From Trypethelium eluteriae (taxonomy: Eukaryota), in assembly GCA_051942245.1 (NCBI GenBank), contig JAVECL010000147.1, forward strand, positions 1 through 43,576: 43,576 nucleotides of DNA, read 5' to 3'. The notes beneath the pieces are model-generated. The model saw only the letters and a program-made list of their open reading frames with translations, was not told the origin of the DNA and did no database searches. This document shows, in pieces, positions 10,914-23,258 of this stretch. The position numbers and the translations under genes are program-made. Each line of letters begins with the position of its first letter. The first letter of the stretch is position 1.

Positions 10914-13102
10914 TCAGATATTAGATGGCAAGCTGATATGCTTTCGAAGAAACTCCATCGCTTGAATCACCTATATCATTGCTGGTCAGCGAAGGCTGTG
11001 ACTGGATGGACGCATCAAGATGTTGTTTCGGACGACAAACCTTTTCGTCTTCATACCTTCTTCCCACAAGCTGCAGTGAGATTGGTGCATCACGAAACTT
11101 CTCGGGCTCATCTGTAAGGCAAAATCAGTTTTGAGATTGTTTTTACCTCATAGGAGTTTGTCGAACTTACAGAGATCGTGGTTGTATTGATCTTTGTCAT
11201 TGAGGGCAACGAAATTCTTCTCTTGAACATCCACACCAGGGTCAACTTGGCCAACGGGAAACACTAAGGCCGGATAATCTAGTAAGTTCCATTGGCTCGT
11301 ATAGCCCCAGTACCGCGAGCAATTTAATGGAGGTGCAGGGCCTGGGCCAGCAGGGCAGAGGATGACGTCAACCTCTCGCTCGTTCCATACTGCTTTCTGT
11401 CAGCACAAGATCGATAAAGGCCTGGGTCTGAGGCAAGACATTTATTATATTCAGCACGATACTTTTCACGCTCTGCTGTCCACTTCCAGATGCTATCGAC
11501 ATCGCGATACTCAACATGGGGCTGCTCCTTGATAATGAAGTTTGATAATGGAAGCCATGGCTCCCCAGAGGCATCGATGATTTCTTTCTCATCCTTTCCT
11601 CCGTCGCAGAAATACAAAGCCGTCTATGAACTTCAAATTAGCCTCCTGCAATTCGGATTTGTGGACAAACCTACGGTGACGTCCCAAGCATAGTCATGCT
11701 TCCACGGCAGCCATTCGACAAGCTCAACCTCATCCACCGCTTTGAGACTTCCTGTAACCTCTTTGAGAGCTCTTGTAGTTGGCGGTTGCGGTTTCACAAC
11801 ACCATCGCTCCATAGCACACCAATCTTCAGTCTCGTTCTTCCATCTTGCTGCCGCAACCAAATTTCGTTCTCTCGCCAGGGTAAAGGTAGAAGACTTACG
11901 TCTTCAAGCCAGGGCCGGGCCGCAATGACCGTCTTCATAAAAAGCTTGATTCCTTCAAGAGAAGTTGACAGCGGGCCTAGGATTGGAAGAATCTGTTCCA
12001 TGCCCTTCATAGGAACAGCGACTCCTGAGACAGGAATGCGGCAAGTCGAAGGACGAAGGGTCCAGACGCCATTGTTTGCCGCGGGAGAACGAATGCTTCC
12101 TCCTAGATAGATGTCAGCATTTGGAGGACTCCTTCAAGGCTTTTTACGATGTTTTTGGACCTTGATAGCTCTGACCGAAGGATAGCGCGGCTCACCTATG
12201 TCTGTTCCTAGGCCCAGGCAAGTTCCACGAAGGCCGAGTAGTGCGCCTTCGCCGCCCGAGCTACCTCCAGGAGTCAATGCGGTGTTGAAAGGGTTCAAGG
12301 TAACACCGTAGAGGTTGCTAGCGGTCTCGAGGTGCATCTGACCAAGTCTCGTCAGTATATTGGTATCATCTGTGAGGTCTCGACGAAGCATCTAGCGGTG
12401 GGTGAACCTCAACAGTACAGCTGAGCTGAAACCTTCCCATAGGCGATCCTCTCAGATGAACATACCAAGCTTTGCGGCTCCGTTGTCCTAGCGAAGACCA
12501 CACACCCGGCTTCGTGTAAGATCTTCAGGACATGTGCGTCGTCTTCATTAACGCGGTCTGCCCAACTCACAAAAGCTCCATGTGCACTCAGCCCTTTCAC
12601 CCCAATATGCTCTTTGGCGCTTATTGGCAATCCATGAAGGGGCCCGATAGGTTTTCCATTATCCACAAGGTAGCGATCGAGCTCCTCCGCTCGCGCAAGT
12701 GCTTGTTTTGGCAGCAATTCAGTAATGCAATTGACCTGTGTGTTTCAGTATTGCAGACGGATCATTGTACGACGTAGCTTTCCAACTTGGATACGGAGAC
12801 ACCGGAGTATAGCTTACGAGCTTTTGCGCCAAACCGGCACGGCGCAGGAACGCATTCGTGACCTCTTTGCAGCTGTATTGCCTCTTCTCTATGGCAATGA
12901 GCAGTTCTTCTGGAGGTGTTTCTGTGATGCTAATCTCCGTAGACGTCAACAAGTCTTTGGGAACATTCGTCACGTTGAGAGGAAGATGAGTAGGGACGTC
13001 TGAAATGGGCGGCGAGACCTCATCAATTGTCTTGTCTCGATACTTTTGCACGTCTAAGGCAATCTCTTGCCACGTGCGCGACGACACCTGCTTGCACGCC
13101 AT
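10914..13102 (-). CDS. Amidase-signature family enzyme (acetamidase/general amidase-like)
   Basis: Multi-exon gene. Motifs GPLHGLPISAKEH (catalytic Lys), PGGSSGGEGAL, GTDIGGSIRSPA (catalytic Ser), YWGYTSQWNLLDYPA and PISLQLVGRRYEDEKV; stop TGA at 10914-10916. Confidence 0.92.
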
Positions 13103-15149
13103 CCTCAATTTCGTTCCGAGCTACAAACTTGGCAAGCGAAGCAAGTCAGTTCAGCAAATTAGCACCTTAGGATGGCTACCACAATGTTTTAAAACTCCTT
13201 CGGCGATCTCCGATTTACGCTTTGATTATGCACACTTTTTTCACACTAGCATGTCCTGATGTCGATCCCTCGACGCGACTTCCCCTCGCCACCTTTGCCA
13301 ATGATTGCACCGATGGCACAGGACGCCGAACGTATGCCTCAGAAGCACGGCCAATAATTCATTAGCTATCAACGACACGGCAGAGCATCCGGACTGCGCT
13401 GTCCCATGCCCCGATGTCCCGCCGACTCGGACATCCAAATTCGAAGCTTGGTTCTCTTTGCAATGTCGCAGATTCGCTCTTAAAAAAAGATCGGATATCG
13501 ATATCTTGGTAACAGCCATCAGCACAGACGGCTAAGGATTCTGACTTCTTTTCATGGGTGGTGTCCATAGATAATGCTTCGATCTGGTTGCTACGGGGTA
13601 CAACTCGACCTTTGCTCGGTGATAAACTGCAGCAGGACGAGGGGTAGCTCTTCTCTCTCTAGCATTGGAGATCAAAGGATGTGGCTAATTTACAGAAGAG
13701 GAATATACTCGCCGCTCGCAAGCGGCAGAAGCGTATCGGCAGTCCATAACTTCATGCCAGTCTACGAAGATAGGCAAGGTAAGTAGTACGGAGCCCTCCG
13801 TATTGAGATTGAATCCCGTCTTGACCCAGCCGTTTGGGTCGCCTCGTCATCATGCACACACGGGCCGAGTTACCTTAATTAAGCCATGCATCCCTCCACC
13901 AGTGCGGCATGGGTGGGGCGGGCCGTCGGGTTTCCGGAGCTAGAAGGAACCGTTTCGAGCTAATCAAAAGGATACTAATCTTCTGCGTCTTTCATACAAT
14001 AATCAATTTCCGTGCGGCGAAGTCACGCTATCAATACAGGGGTCGGCCGAGGGTGAGGTGATCTATTGGCATATGCACATCAGGGGGTGAAGAAAAAAAT
14101 GTCGGGCAACCTCCGAACCCCGCCTGAGAAGCTGCGCCTTGCTATCATACAGTAATGGATTAAACGGGGATTGGAAGGTGTAAGATGCGTGAGACGATAC
14201 TGAAAAAGGGTGACGCTTATGCGGAGGGTTGACCGACTTTTTTTCTTCTTCAACGCTGGTGTACAGATCGCTAATATTTGCCTACGAGCTTGAAGCCTTG
14301 AACTTGTTTCGTCATAAGACCCCGATTAAGCTGACTGGGGGCGGCTCTCGTGGACTCTCATATACCGATCACGATTTAGGATGGTACCCAGCGAGACTTT
14401 CACCATGGCGGTGCTGGCAGCATACTATAAATGAGACTGCGGCACAGCTCCAGGTTGCCACACTATACTTGAGTTATTCACTCCGACATCCAAACGTACG
14501 GTGCGTACGTCAAACGCACCCCAGATGCTTGGCGAGTAGACCCGATGCGCATCGATACGAGATACTGGAACCAACACACTCCCTGTCAGTCCCTGGTCAT
14601 GAAGCTGAAGTTGGGTACAGGACATGGTGCATATTCCACAAGACTGCCCGTCCCTTTGATCTTACAACCGGAACCTTATATGCGTAGACGTTTCTTATGC
14701 AGCTAAGGAGCGCCTTAGCTAGTCCCCTTCGTCAGATGGCCATCCTGAGTGCACACACCAAGCTAGGTGGGTCTGACCGAAGCCGCGTCCGACGCCATGT
14801 ACGCACGTCAAGGTTTTCTTCATTCAGCTGCTCCCCACGTGGGGTATATTCTGCAATCACCCAATGATGCTATCCATTATGCTGCTTTCCATGTCCTGCC
14901 GCTATCCAATCATTTATGATCCTGACAATATGTGACAAGAAATGGTGAGCTCGGCCTACAGGAACGCCGATCTCTGTCTTTGAGGATGTGTTAGGAGACG
15001 AAAGGAAGCATGGCCTCGAGATTTCGCACAAAACTAGGAAACTATAATCTTCTGAGCGTATGAGACCGTTTTGCTCTGGTAAAGGTGCTGCTGTGCCGTC
15101 TTGAGAGTTTCTGACTCGCAGATGATCCCTATCACCATCAGCACTCAGC

Positions 15150-16516
15150 ATGACCAGTTCAAGTCCTCCTGTTGATCTAAGTCAGGACAGAGGCTCTACC
15201 ATCGTCGCAACTCAGATTGTCTTTATTTCTTTGGCTGCTATCGCTGTTGTGTTTCGAATATATTCGCGAAGCTTGAAGAAAGCCCCTCTGGGAGCGGATG
15301 ACTACCTCATTATTGCGTCTCTGGTAAGAATTGCCTGTTTCCTGAGAACCACCGGCATGGAAAGGCTGATAAGGTACAGCCATTCTCTGCAATAGAGGCA
15401 ATAACTACATGTGTCGGTAAGTGAGCCACTACTGATACTGGCATGTCGGCGCAAATGACTAAAATTTGGTAGCGGTGCACTATGGACTCGGAAAACATGA
15501 GGAAGCAATGCCACCACAGAATGTCAGGCCTTTCAGTGTTGTATGTCTCAGAAATACGGATTTCCCAAGAGGGACGTGCTAACAGATACTCAGTCGATGC
15601 TGGTGCTAGAATGCGCTTGGGGTGTATCAGTTCCCTTTGTCAAGCTCTCATTCCTTATGCTTTACGTTCGATTGTTTCCCAGCCGCGCCTACAAGGCATG
15701 GGCGTGGCTCCTCGGAACATACACTGTCTTATGGGGCGTGATGGTTGTCATTGCAACGACCTTACAGTGTTATCCGGTGGCATACCAGTGGAACAAATCT
15801 ATCAAGGGTCATTGCGACAATCGTGCCTTATCCTTCTTCCTTAGCTCAGTCCTTGAGGTCCCTGTTGACTTCATCATCCTGATCCTACCATTACCGGTTG
15901 TGTGGCGCCTTAAGTTGTCAAGACCGCGCAAAGTGCTCCTCACGGGAATTTTCATGCTTGGTAGTTTGTAAGTCTGGCTAACGCAGTAGCATCTTTCTCC
16001 ACTTATCATGGTGGTTGCGATGCTAACATCGGACAGGACTTGCGTTGTTAGCGTTATAAGATTAGTCAGGGTTGATCAAACTTGGAAAGGTGAAGACACA
16101 TCATGTAAGTTGCTCCTAATACCAAAGTATTAGAGATATGGCTAATCATTCATGGTATAGGGGAGTTGACGGAAGCTTGCATCTGGTCCGCCGCAGAACC
16201 TACACTTGGCACTGTTGCGTGCTGTCTGCCTGTCATGGGACCGATCCTAATACATTTCGCCCCTCGACCCGTGGTCAAGAAGATCTCGTCTTTCGGTTCT
16301 AAGCCTTCGACCGCCATCAAGAAACCGAACAAATTCCAAAGACTACATAATTCCGGATCAACCGCAACAGATCCTGCAGAGCAGCTTGTGTTGGGCGACA
16401 TGGGAAATGGAATCACAAAATCGGATGCCAGGGCTGTCAGTGATGAGGATTTGTTTCGAGGACATGAGATTGCGGTGACAAAACAATTCTCTGTCGACTC
16501 AGAGAATATCGTCTAA
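15150..16516 (+). CDS. PTH11-like (rhodopsin-domain, CFEM-less) integral membrane protein
   Basis: Six exons splice into an open frame. Motifs VVFRIYSRSLKKAPLGADDYLI, AVHYGLGKH, VKLSFLMLYVRLF, QCYPVAYQWNKSIKGHC, DFIILILPLPVVWRLKL and IWSAAEPTLGTVACCLP. Confidence 0.88.
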
Positions 16517-16860
16517 GAATCGTTAAGTAACATGCAAGGTTGCGTGAAGCGATTATGGCCACAAAGGGTCAGAGCCGGTCGAGATTGACTCAACATCTCT
16601 ATTGTTCGTCTGGAAACTATAGCTCAAAAGCGACTCTGTGTGTATATCTCAAGAAAGTTATCTCGATGAGCGATGAGCGGCAATCGGCTGAAAGGAACCA
16701 CTTCTTAGATCTCGATTTTGTGGATCAGGTAGCGAATTCAAGTCAAATAAGCATAAGTAAAGCTGCCGTTTACACGTATGTGATTTCTCTGACACTAGGC
16801 AAACGTACTGGGTGTGAGTGATCACACGTGTGATCAACTCCTATCTTCGCCTAGGCAGGA

Positions 16861-18851
16861 TTATGAGCTATCCGTATAGCCGGCCTCTCTTCTCTGGTTT
16901 ACATAATACTTGTATCTTGGAACGCTGGCCTCCCTCAGTCTTCGACCCCAGATAAGAAAGACAGCAAACGTAGAGACTTGTACCAATCCAGCAAATGCAG
17001 CGACAATGAAAGCGTTCTGCAACCCCATATTGGTAACCCAAGGGGTAATCCTACATTAGGTACTCATTAGCTGGTTCCATGGTACAACTTCCAAGACGAG
17101 ACATACCCATAGGAGACCGCAAAACTCATCATACTTCGTATTATGATGACCGTTACTACAGCGTCGCTACTCAATTCTCGGTAGGAGTCGATGCAATAGC
17201 TAAGTGAAAGCTGTATACCGAGACCACTAGTAAAACCGAGGGTGCCCATTGCAAAGATTAAGCCAAACCAGTGAATTCTATGCGCAGCACCTACACCCCA
17301 AAGGAGGAGACCGCCAGGGACAAGGACTAAGGAAGCGCAAAATAACCACAGGCGATACTCCGATTCCATGATACCCTTATTTCGGCGAGCCATGCGGAGA
17401 TTGAGCCAATCGCCAAGCTGACCTGTATACCATGACCTGATTTTCGAGTAAGTCGCAAAAGCATTCGAAGAGGAGCTGTTTTCCAAATGACGCAGACTTA
17501 CCCGAGAGTAATTCCTATGAGAGGAGAAACATAGCTCAACCCAACAAATGAGGATTTGAAGCTATATGGTGGGCTCGAAAGGATCAAAGAGGCCGTCCCA
17601 TTAAGGATATTAAAGTAGATTAGATGCGAGCCAAGCGTAACCCCCGAGAAAACGACAACCGGGAAAGTCAGGAAGATAAGGGGCCGAAGGATCATGCCCT
17701 TCAGCTCATTTGGCTTTTTCAGCTGTTCCTTCTCGAACACCCTTAACTTCTGGAGGTAGGATTTTGACTTCTGGCCTTTTGAGATGAATCCGCCCGGAGG
17801 AGTGCCAGAACTGGCTTCGATCGTACTGAACTCATTTGGTGTCTTTCCTTCAAATGCGACATTATCCGTGACTTCAATGTTGTTGGCTGGACGTTGGAAG
17901 TTCGTCTCTTCCATGAAGAAGAATAAGAATACGAAAGCGATAGCGCAAAAGATGGCGCACCAATACTAAGAGTAACAATCAGACCTTGTAGTGTTATTTT
18001 CACAATACTCAGCTTACCAGAACCCATTCCCATCCTTGGCCATCATCAATGAAGCCGGCTAAAACCGGCGCTAGAAAGTTGCTACCTGCCAGAAAAAGTG
18101 CGTATATTGCAATGTAAGAACCTCTTTCATGAGTGAAGTACTAGATGAATGAGCCGTATGTTTCTTCTTTGGTGAAACAATGACATACCACATCCGTCAC
18201 AGAAATTTCGCACAGAGACTCGATGGGTGCACCGAAGAACCCTTGCAACAACTTGCTTCCAATCCATTGGCCGTTAGTCTTGGTGTAAGGCACCCACACC
18301 ATGATAGCCTTGATAGGGTGAGTAATCACGTGGATGGAAGACCAGGGCTGTTGCTCACCATGGTTGCCAAGGTTGAGAATAGGTACACTGGGCGCTTGCC
18401 ATATTGGACTGCGATCGGTTGCCAAAACAAGCATCCCCATCCAAACATCAAGAACTGCATCAAGTAAGGATACGATCCTAAAACGTCCAGTTTTGTCGTA
18501 CCATGTAGCCTGTGCCATCATTGAGATCATCGAGTGTGAGCCCTGTTGCCTGAGATATCGGGACGAGAACGGAATAGATGGCTGCAGACGCAATGCCAAC
18601 CATAAGCGTATAGCTATTCTGCTATATCAGCATAAGCTAAAAGTGAGACATTGCCTCGTCACCTACACACAAATGCATGTGCTAAACACATGCTTTCTCC
18701 ATCGATGCCAGTTCAATGGATCGTCTGGATCATTTGACGGCTGGGGCACAAGGACAACATCTCTTTGGCCTCTTCCAGCGTGTCTTGCATGGATCCGATC
18801 CTCCAAATCAACTAGATGTATTGTGCCAGGGACAATCTCGGTCTCCTCCAT
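16861..18851 (-). CDS. MFS transporter (DHA1/HOL1-like)
   Basis: VLVPQPSNDPDDPLNWHRWRK, FWQPIAVQYGKRPVYL, LQGFFGAPIESLCEISVTDVYFTHERG, FFFMEETNF, MESEYRLWL, SYCIDSYR, ITPWVTNMGLQNAF. Canonical introns; stop TAA at 16861-16863. Confidence 0.9.
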
Positions 18852-19919
18852 GGCTGGCGCGGTAGTGAAAAGAAAATGTAATGTCAGGGATCGAAAGAAT
18901 TCTTAACTACGGAAGAGATTAAACAAGACCACATGAGCGAATTTTGAAAGGAAATGCCAAGCGATAGAAAAGTGGCGACCTGAAGTCAAAGACAACCATC
19001 CTCCGTTCGAGCGTGACGCTACACTGTTGGCCCTTGTCGGGCTGGATAGCTCGCATTGCTCGCCATAACACCCGAGAAGCTCAACCGAGATCGCCTGCGT
19101 CTTCGAAATCGAGTACTGCGAGCTCCGCTAGAGGCGCCACACCACTCATGCAGTCTCTGCGCCGTGTCAACTGCCCCGTTCCCCCCGTCCGTCAGAATAC
19201 CGCCCTTGCGGAAGCCAATCACCTCGTGGTACAGCTGATGCGGGGTATAGGTAGGATCGTACAATAAACCCCACATTTTTGATGAGCGGCGAGATGCTGG
19301 TTGCGTAAGCGGGAATGAGACCTGTTGTGGGTGATTGCTTCCGAGGGAAAAGCAAAGTGTAGTGAGAATAAATATCCAGAATCCTTCGGCCGGGAAGGCT
19401 GGGATCAGCGATTCCTTTAACCACAATCATCAACGTACTTGAATCGCGGACATGGACTCGTCGAAAAGGGCCTCGTTTAGTTAATCTAAGATGATACGAC
19501 AGTGATGTCGGCAGTTGGACAGCAGCTAGCGATCCGTCCCGTACCTGTCAATGCATTTTCAGACCATCATGCGGAAGTGGAGCCAACACGACTGGCTGCA
19601 GAAGCAAAGAAAAGCATGCACGACAGCTACAAAAACCAGTATCGGTTTCGAGAAAATAGCGCTGCAACAAGGAAAAATTGAAGACCTGATAACTACACGC
19701 AGCTGTGCGGCCATGGAAAAGGCACGACGCGCTCGCCGCTGCATTTGAGCTGTGGACACTCATCGCAAAAGCGGCATCATACTCCACTAGTTGGCATGCT
19801 TCATCTGCGGCTGACGTTCTTAATGTAAGTTATCTGACGGCCCGAACAGGGCGCTTCGGCCGAGGTTAGATGCAGTTCCCACCCCATCTCTCCACATGTT
19901 GTAACTTTTTCTTTTTCAG

Positions 19920-21006
19920 CTAGGAAAACACCATTGCTCGCACTTCGATGCTCTGCCTAGACGGAGCATCAGCCCGAATGTCATCATGCTGGAAAGATGC
20001 GTGTATCGTCCCTGGCGGTCGATCAGCCACGGCCGAGTTCCAAGAACAAAGGGAAGGCGAACGTACACTTAGCCGCAACATGTGGATCAGAATCGAATTG
20101 TTTGAAGAGGAAGACCTCGTCTTCTCTTTGATGATGCAGGTAATGCCACTCATTGCAACTCCGATGCATAGCGAAGTAGTTCGATCCCACGTCCGTGTTT
20201 CGCACTTGATCGGTCTCTACTAGAGCCGATGGATCAATTGTACTACCGTCACAGATGGCGAGTGGCCAGTCTTCGACGGTGTTTTCGATCGGCCGCCAGA
20301 CGCTGCCAGTTTGAGAGCGTCAATGGCAAACAACATGGTAAAGATTGAGTGGGTGACGGTACTTAATGATCCGGAATCGTGACTTTAGCAAGTCTATTGC
20401 CTCACATCCCAACTCTTTCTGCACTCGCTGGATCACGGCCAGTGGAGTCGCGTCTGGATATTTTTATCAACGGGAAGAACCAGGAAGATGCTTCTGTCAT
20501 AGCCAGCTTACCGATGTGTGCATAATTCGTTGGCTTAAGCGGTGCCGACCTGTCCTCCAGATCAATCACGTCGCGTGTTCCATTCGCATTCAGTTCCCTC
20601 TTCTGTTTTCCAAAACCATCTGGTCAGTGTAGAATCGTTGCGTCTTGAGATAAGCGAGGCTTACGCGCCAGTCAAAAATTGCTATGCGACGGGATTCTGA
20701 GAACTCCTTCTCCAGTAGATTCTGTACCTGAGGAAGGTACAGGGATTCCACAGACCGTCCATGGACCGCTTTCTCAAATGTCGGTAAATGCACAATCTTG
20801 AATCCTTGGGTATCGAGATCGAACTGTGTCTCAAGGCCTCTGATGTTTTGGACTGGTACCTCAAACGGGTCAAATATTAAGTTTGTCTGACGCTGGTCCT
20901 TTGACTCTGGATGAATATCTCGGAATATCTGGAAGGGTTTTTCTCTCTGAAAGAGGTCTTGCCATCTCAAGAAATGAATATATGCAAGGGTTTCTTTTGG
21001 ATGCAT
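19920..21006 (-). CDS. AsaB/CmcJ-like (GA4-desaturase-like) hydroxylase/desaturase
   Basis: Five exons splice in frame: FDLDTQGF, IFDWR, AHID (HxD), RFRIINVWRPIENTVEDWPLAICDGST, WHYLHHQREDEVFLFKQFDS, IHASF and RQSIEVRAMVF, the typical motif order of this family. Confidence 0.82.
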
Positions 21007-21259
21007 GCCAGGTCAGGTGAAGAATTATGAAGGGTGGTCAGACAACTGGGTTTATTCTCGATGAATCGTGCAGTATAATACTAATCAGGCGAGAGCATCG
21101 AGATTGCGCCCCGCAGCACCGTCACCATCGGCTGCAAGAGTCAACGAATCTTGGCTCAGTGGGCCGATGAGAAGCTTTGCTGGGGGACTATAGGGGGCAG
21201 TGTCTCGATCAGTGCAAGATGAAAGGTGATGTGCCCCGCATGAGCTTAGGCTAGCAATC

Positions 21260-21765
21260 TCAGATATTGGACGGAACTTTAAACAATGGGGCATGAAGCA
21301 ATGGTCAAGACTCTCATGCGTTCAAAGCCACTTACGCTGATTCCTGATCCTGCTCTGGATGGGTCCATCAAAGTTGCTGTCAACAATCAGCATTGTTCGC
21401 CAAACAGTAGCGTTCTTCGGCTCACGCCGGATGTCAACCATGCATGCTGCACTATATGCATAACGGACGTTGTTGCCCTTCGCGGGACGTAGGAGGCCTT
21501 CACTGTCCAAGCTGACGTGGATCTGAGTACTTTCCAACAATGAAGTGTGCTGGGATTTCGGGGTGGCGTTAAGGTCTAGAGCGTGAATCAGCTGCGTAGA
21601 TTAGCGGCATACAGCGATGCGATTGATATCGCGCAGGATATCCTGCAGCAGCCCATTTACGGTTTGATGAGTCGTGTCGGTGTTGTTGACGGTCGTCATA
21701 ATGCGCCGATCGGTGAGGATCGGCCCGTCAGTCATCCAGTAGATGATTTTGCGTATCAGCGGAGT
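21260..21765 (-). CDS. Possible small spliced orphan gene or gene relic
   Basis: Intron-like segments 21831-21766 (GTGAGT...CTGAC...TAG) and 21660-21592 (GTAAAT...GCTAAT...CAG), plus a GTAAGT donor at 21335. Exons 21765-21661 and 21591-21336 join in one open frame of ~120 codons. Upstream exons could not be joined in frame. Confidence 0.3.
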
Positions 21766-22507
21766 CTAAGGCATGAATAGTCAGACCAGCATGGGCATCA
21801 ATTAAGTATAAGTACGGCCCTGACCACTCACTTTTGCATACAATTCCACTGAACGATACTGATATCCAGCAAGCCAGACCTTTGTTTACAAGTTCTTCGA
21901 CCCAGGTACGCAAGTACAGAAGCGTGATGCAGCTATGCCGTACCATTATATCAGCTGATCAGTTCAGTCAATATGCCTTCCTTCAACCAGACCTACGTTG
22001 AGCAAATTTTGCAGGAGGCACAGAAGGACGTCCGCCACCAGCCATGGAAGAGCTCCACTGTGGTCAATGATAATCCAACTGAAGACAAGGTCAAGATTGG
22101 CACTCAGTCTGATGTCTTGACTCGCTTCTTTGGCTTCTAGTCGCACTGGTAGGTGATCGTATTTGCTGTGAAAGATTCCTCTCTCACGAGTGGTATAGGT
22201 CGGAAGCTCTAGGTAGAGCGCGGGCAGATTGGAATCGAGAGGTGAGACTGAAATGGGCAGGAAATAATGCATCATTTACAATCGTGTCTCCTGCTATGAT
22301 ACTGTTCGTAGAGCCAACAAGCCGCTCGTATCCATACCAGCTAGCTAGTCCTGCAATAAGATTGATCAAAGTACAATTACGTCATTAGCGGGGCGAGAAT
22401 GAGCATGTGATTCGCCAAATTAGAGCTGGGCGTCAGCCTTCAAAATAGTAAATCCCATACCTGAGCATCGATCTTGAGCTTACGAGAATCTTTTCGATGG
22501 TCGCAAG

Positions 22508-23258
22508 ATGGCCTTTAGACTTGAAGAAATTGATGCCGATGAAGACTTTCCTGAGCTCATCCAGTGCGAATGGGAGGCTTATGAGAACCCAGAGCAGTAT
22601 TTCTTCCGCCTTTTCTGCCCAATCGTCGGATCCCACCCAAACGCACGCCAAGAATCCTTGGAGGAGTGCACAGCACGCCAGCGCGAATGGCATCTATCCG
22701 ACCCAACAAGTTATTGGCAAAAGGTCGTGGATACTGGTACTGGCAAAATTGTTGCCGGTGCTCTTTGGAAGATCTGCTCACGCAACCCATTCGAGGAACA
22801 GGAGCACGAATCAGCGTATTGGTATCCAGAAGGGGACAGAAGAGAGTACGTCAACGCAGCATTGGAGCTATTTGAAGCTCCAAGGAGTCGTCTCGCACCG
22901 GTACCGCAAGTTTGTAAGTACAAACCACGTTGACGATTTGCTGTGACACCCAAATTAGTGGAAGGACTGCTTACTCGTTGTGAAAGATCTCAATATAATT
23001 TTCACACTGCCGGAGTACAGACGTAAAGGAATCGGAGACATGATTATGGAGTGGGGCGTAGCTAAAGCTGCACAAATGCACGTCGACATGTGGTTGGACG
23101 CTACAATATATGGCATTCCACTATACAAAAAGCATGGATTCATGATTGTTAATGAGAACAACCTCTGTCCTCAAAGGGAATCGCCGAGCAAAGAATGGGA
23201 AGCTATTCATCGGGAGCTTTCGCCGATGGTCATGTGGCAGATGAAGAAGTCTGTCTGA
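22508..23258 (+). CDS. GNAT-family N-acetyltransferase
   Basis: Exons 22508-22913 and 22987-23258. KVVDTGTGKIVAGALW, acetyl-CoA motif YLNIIFTLPEYRRKGIG, and LDATIYGIPLYKKHGF. Confidence 0.88.

Noticed and set aside
14229..14687. 152-aa ORF between the amidase and PTH11-like genes
   Set aside because: TTG start, no recognisable motifs, lies in a divergent promoter region.
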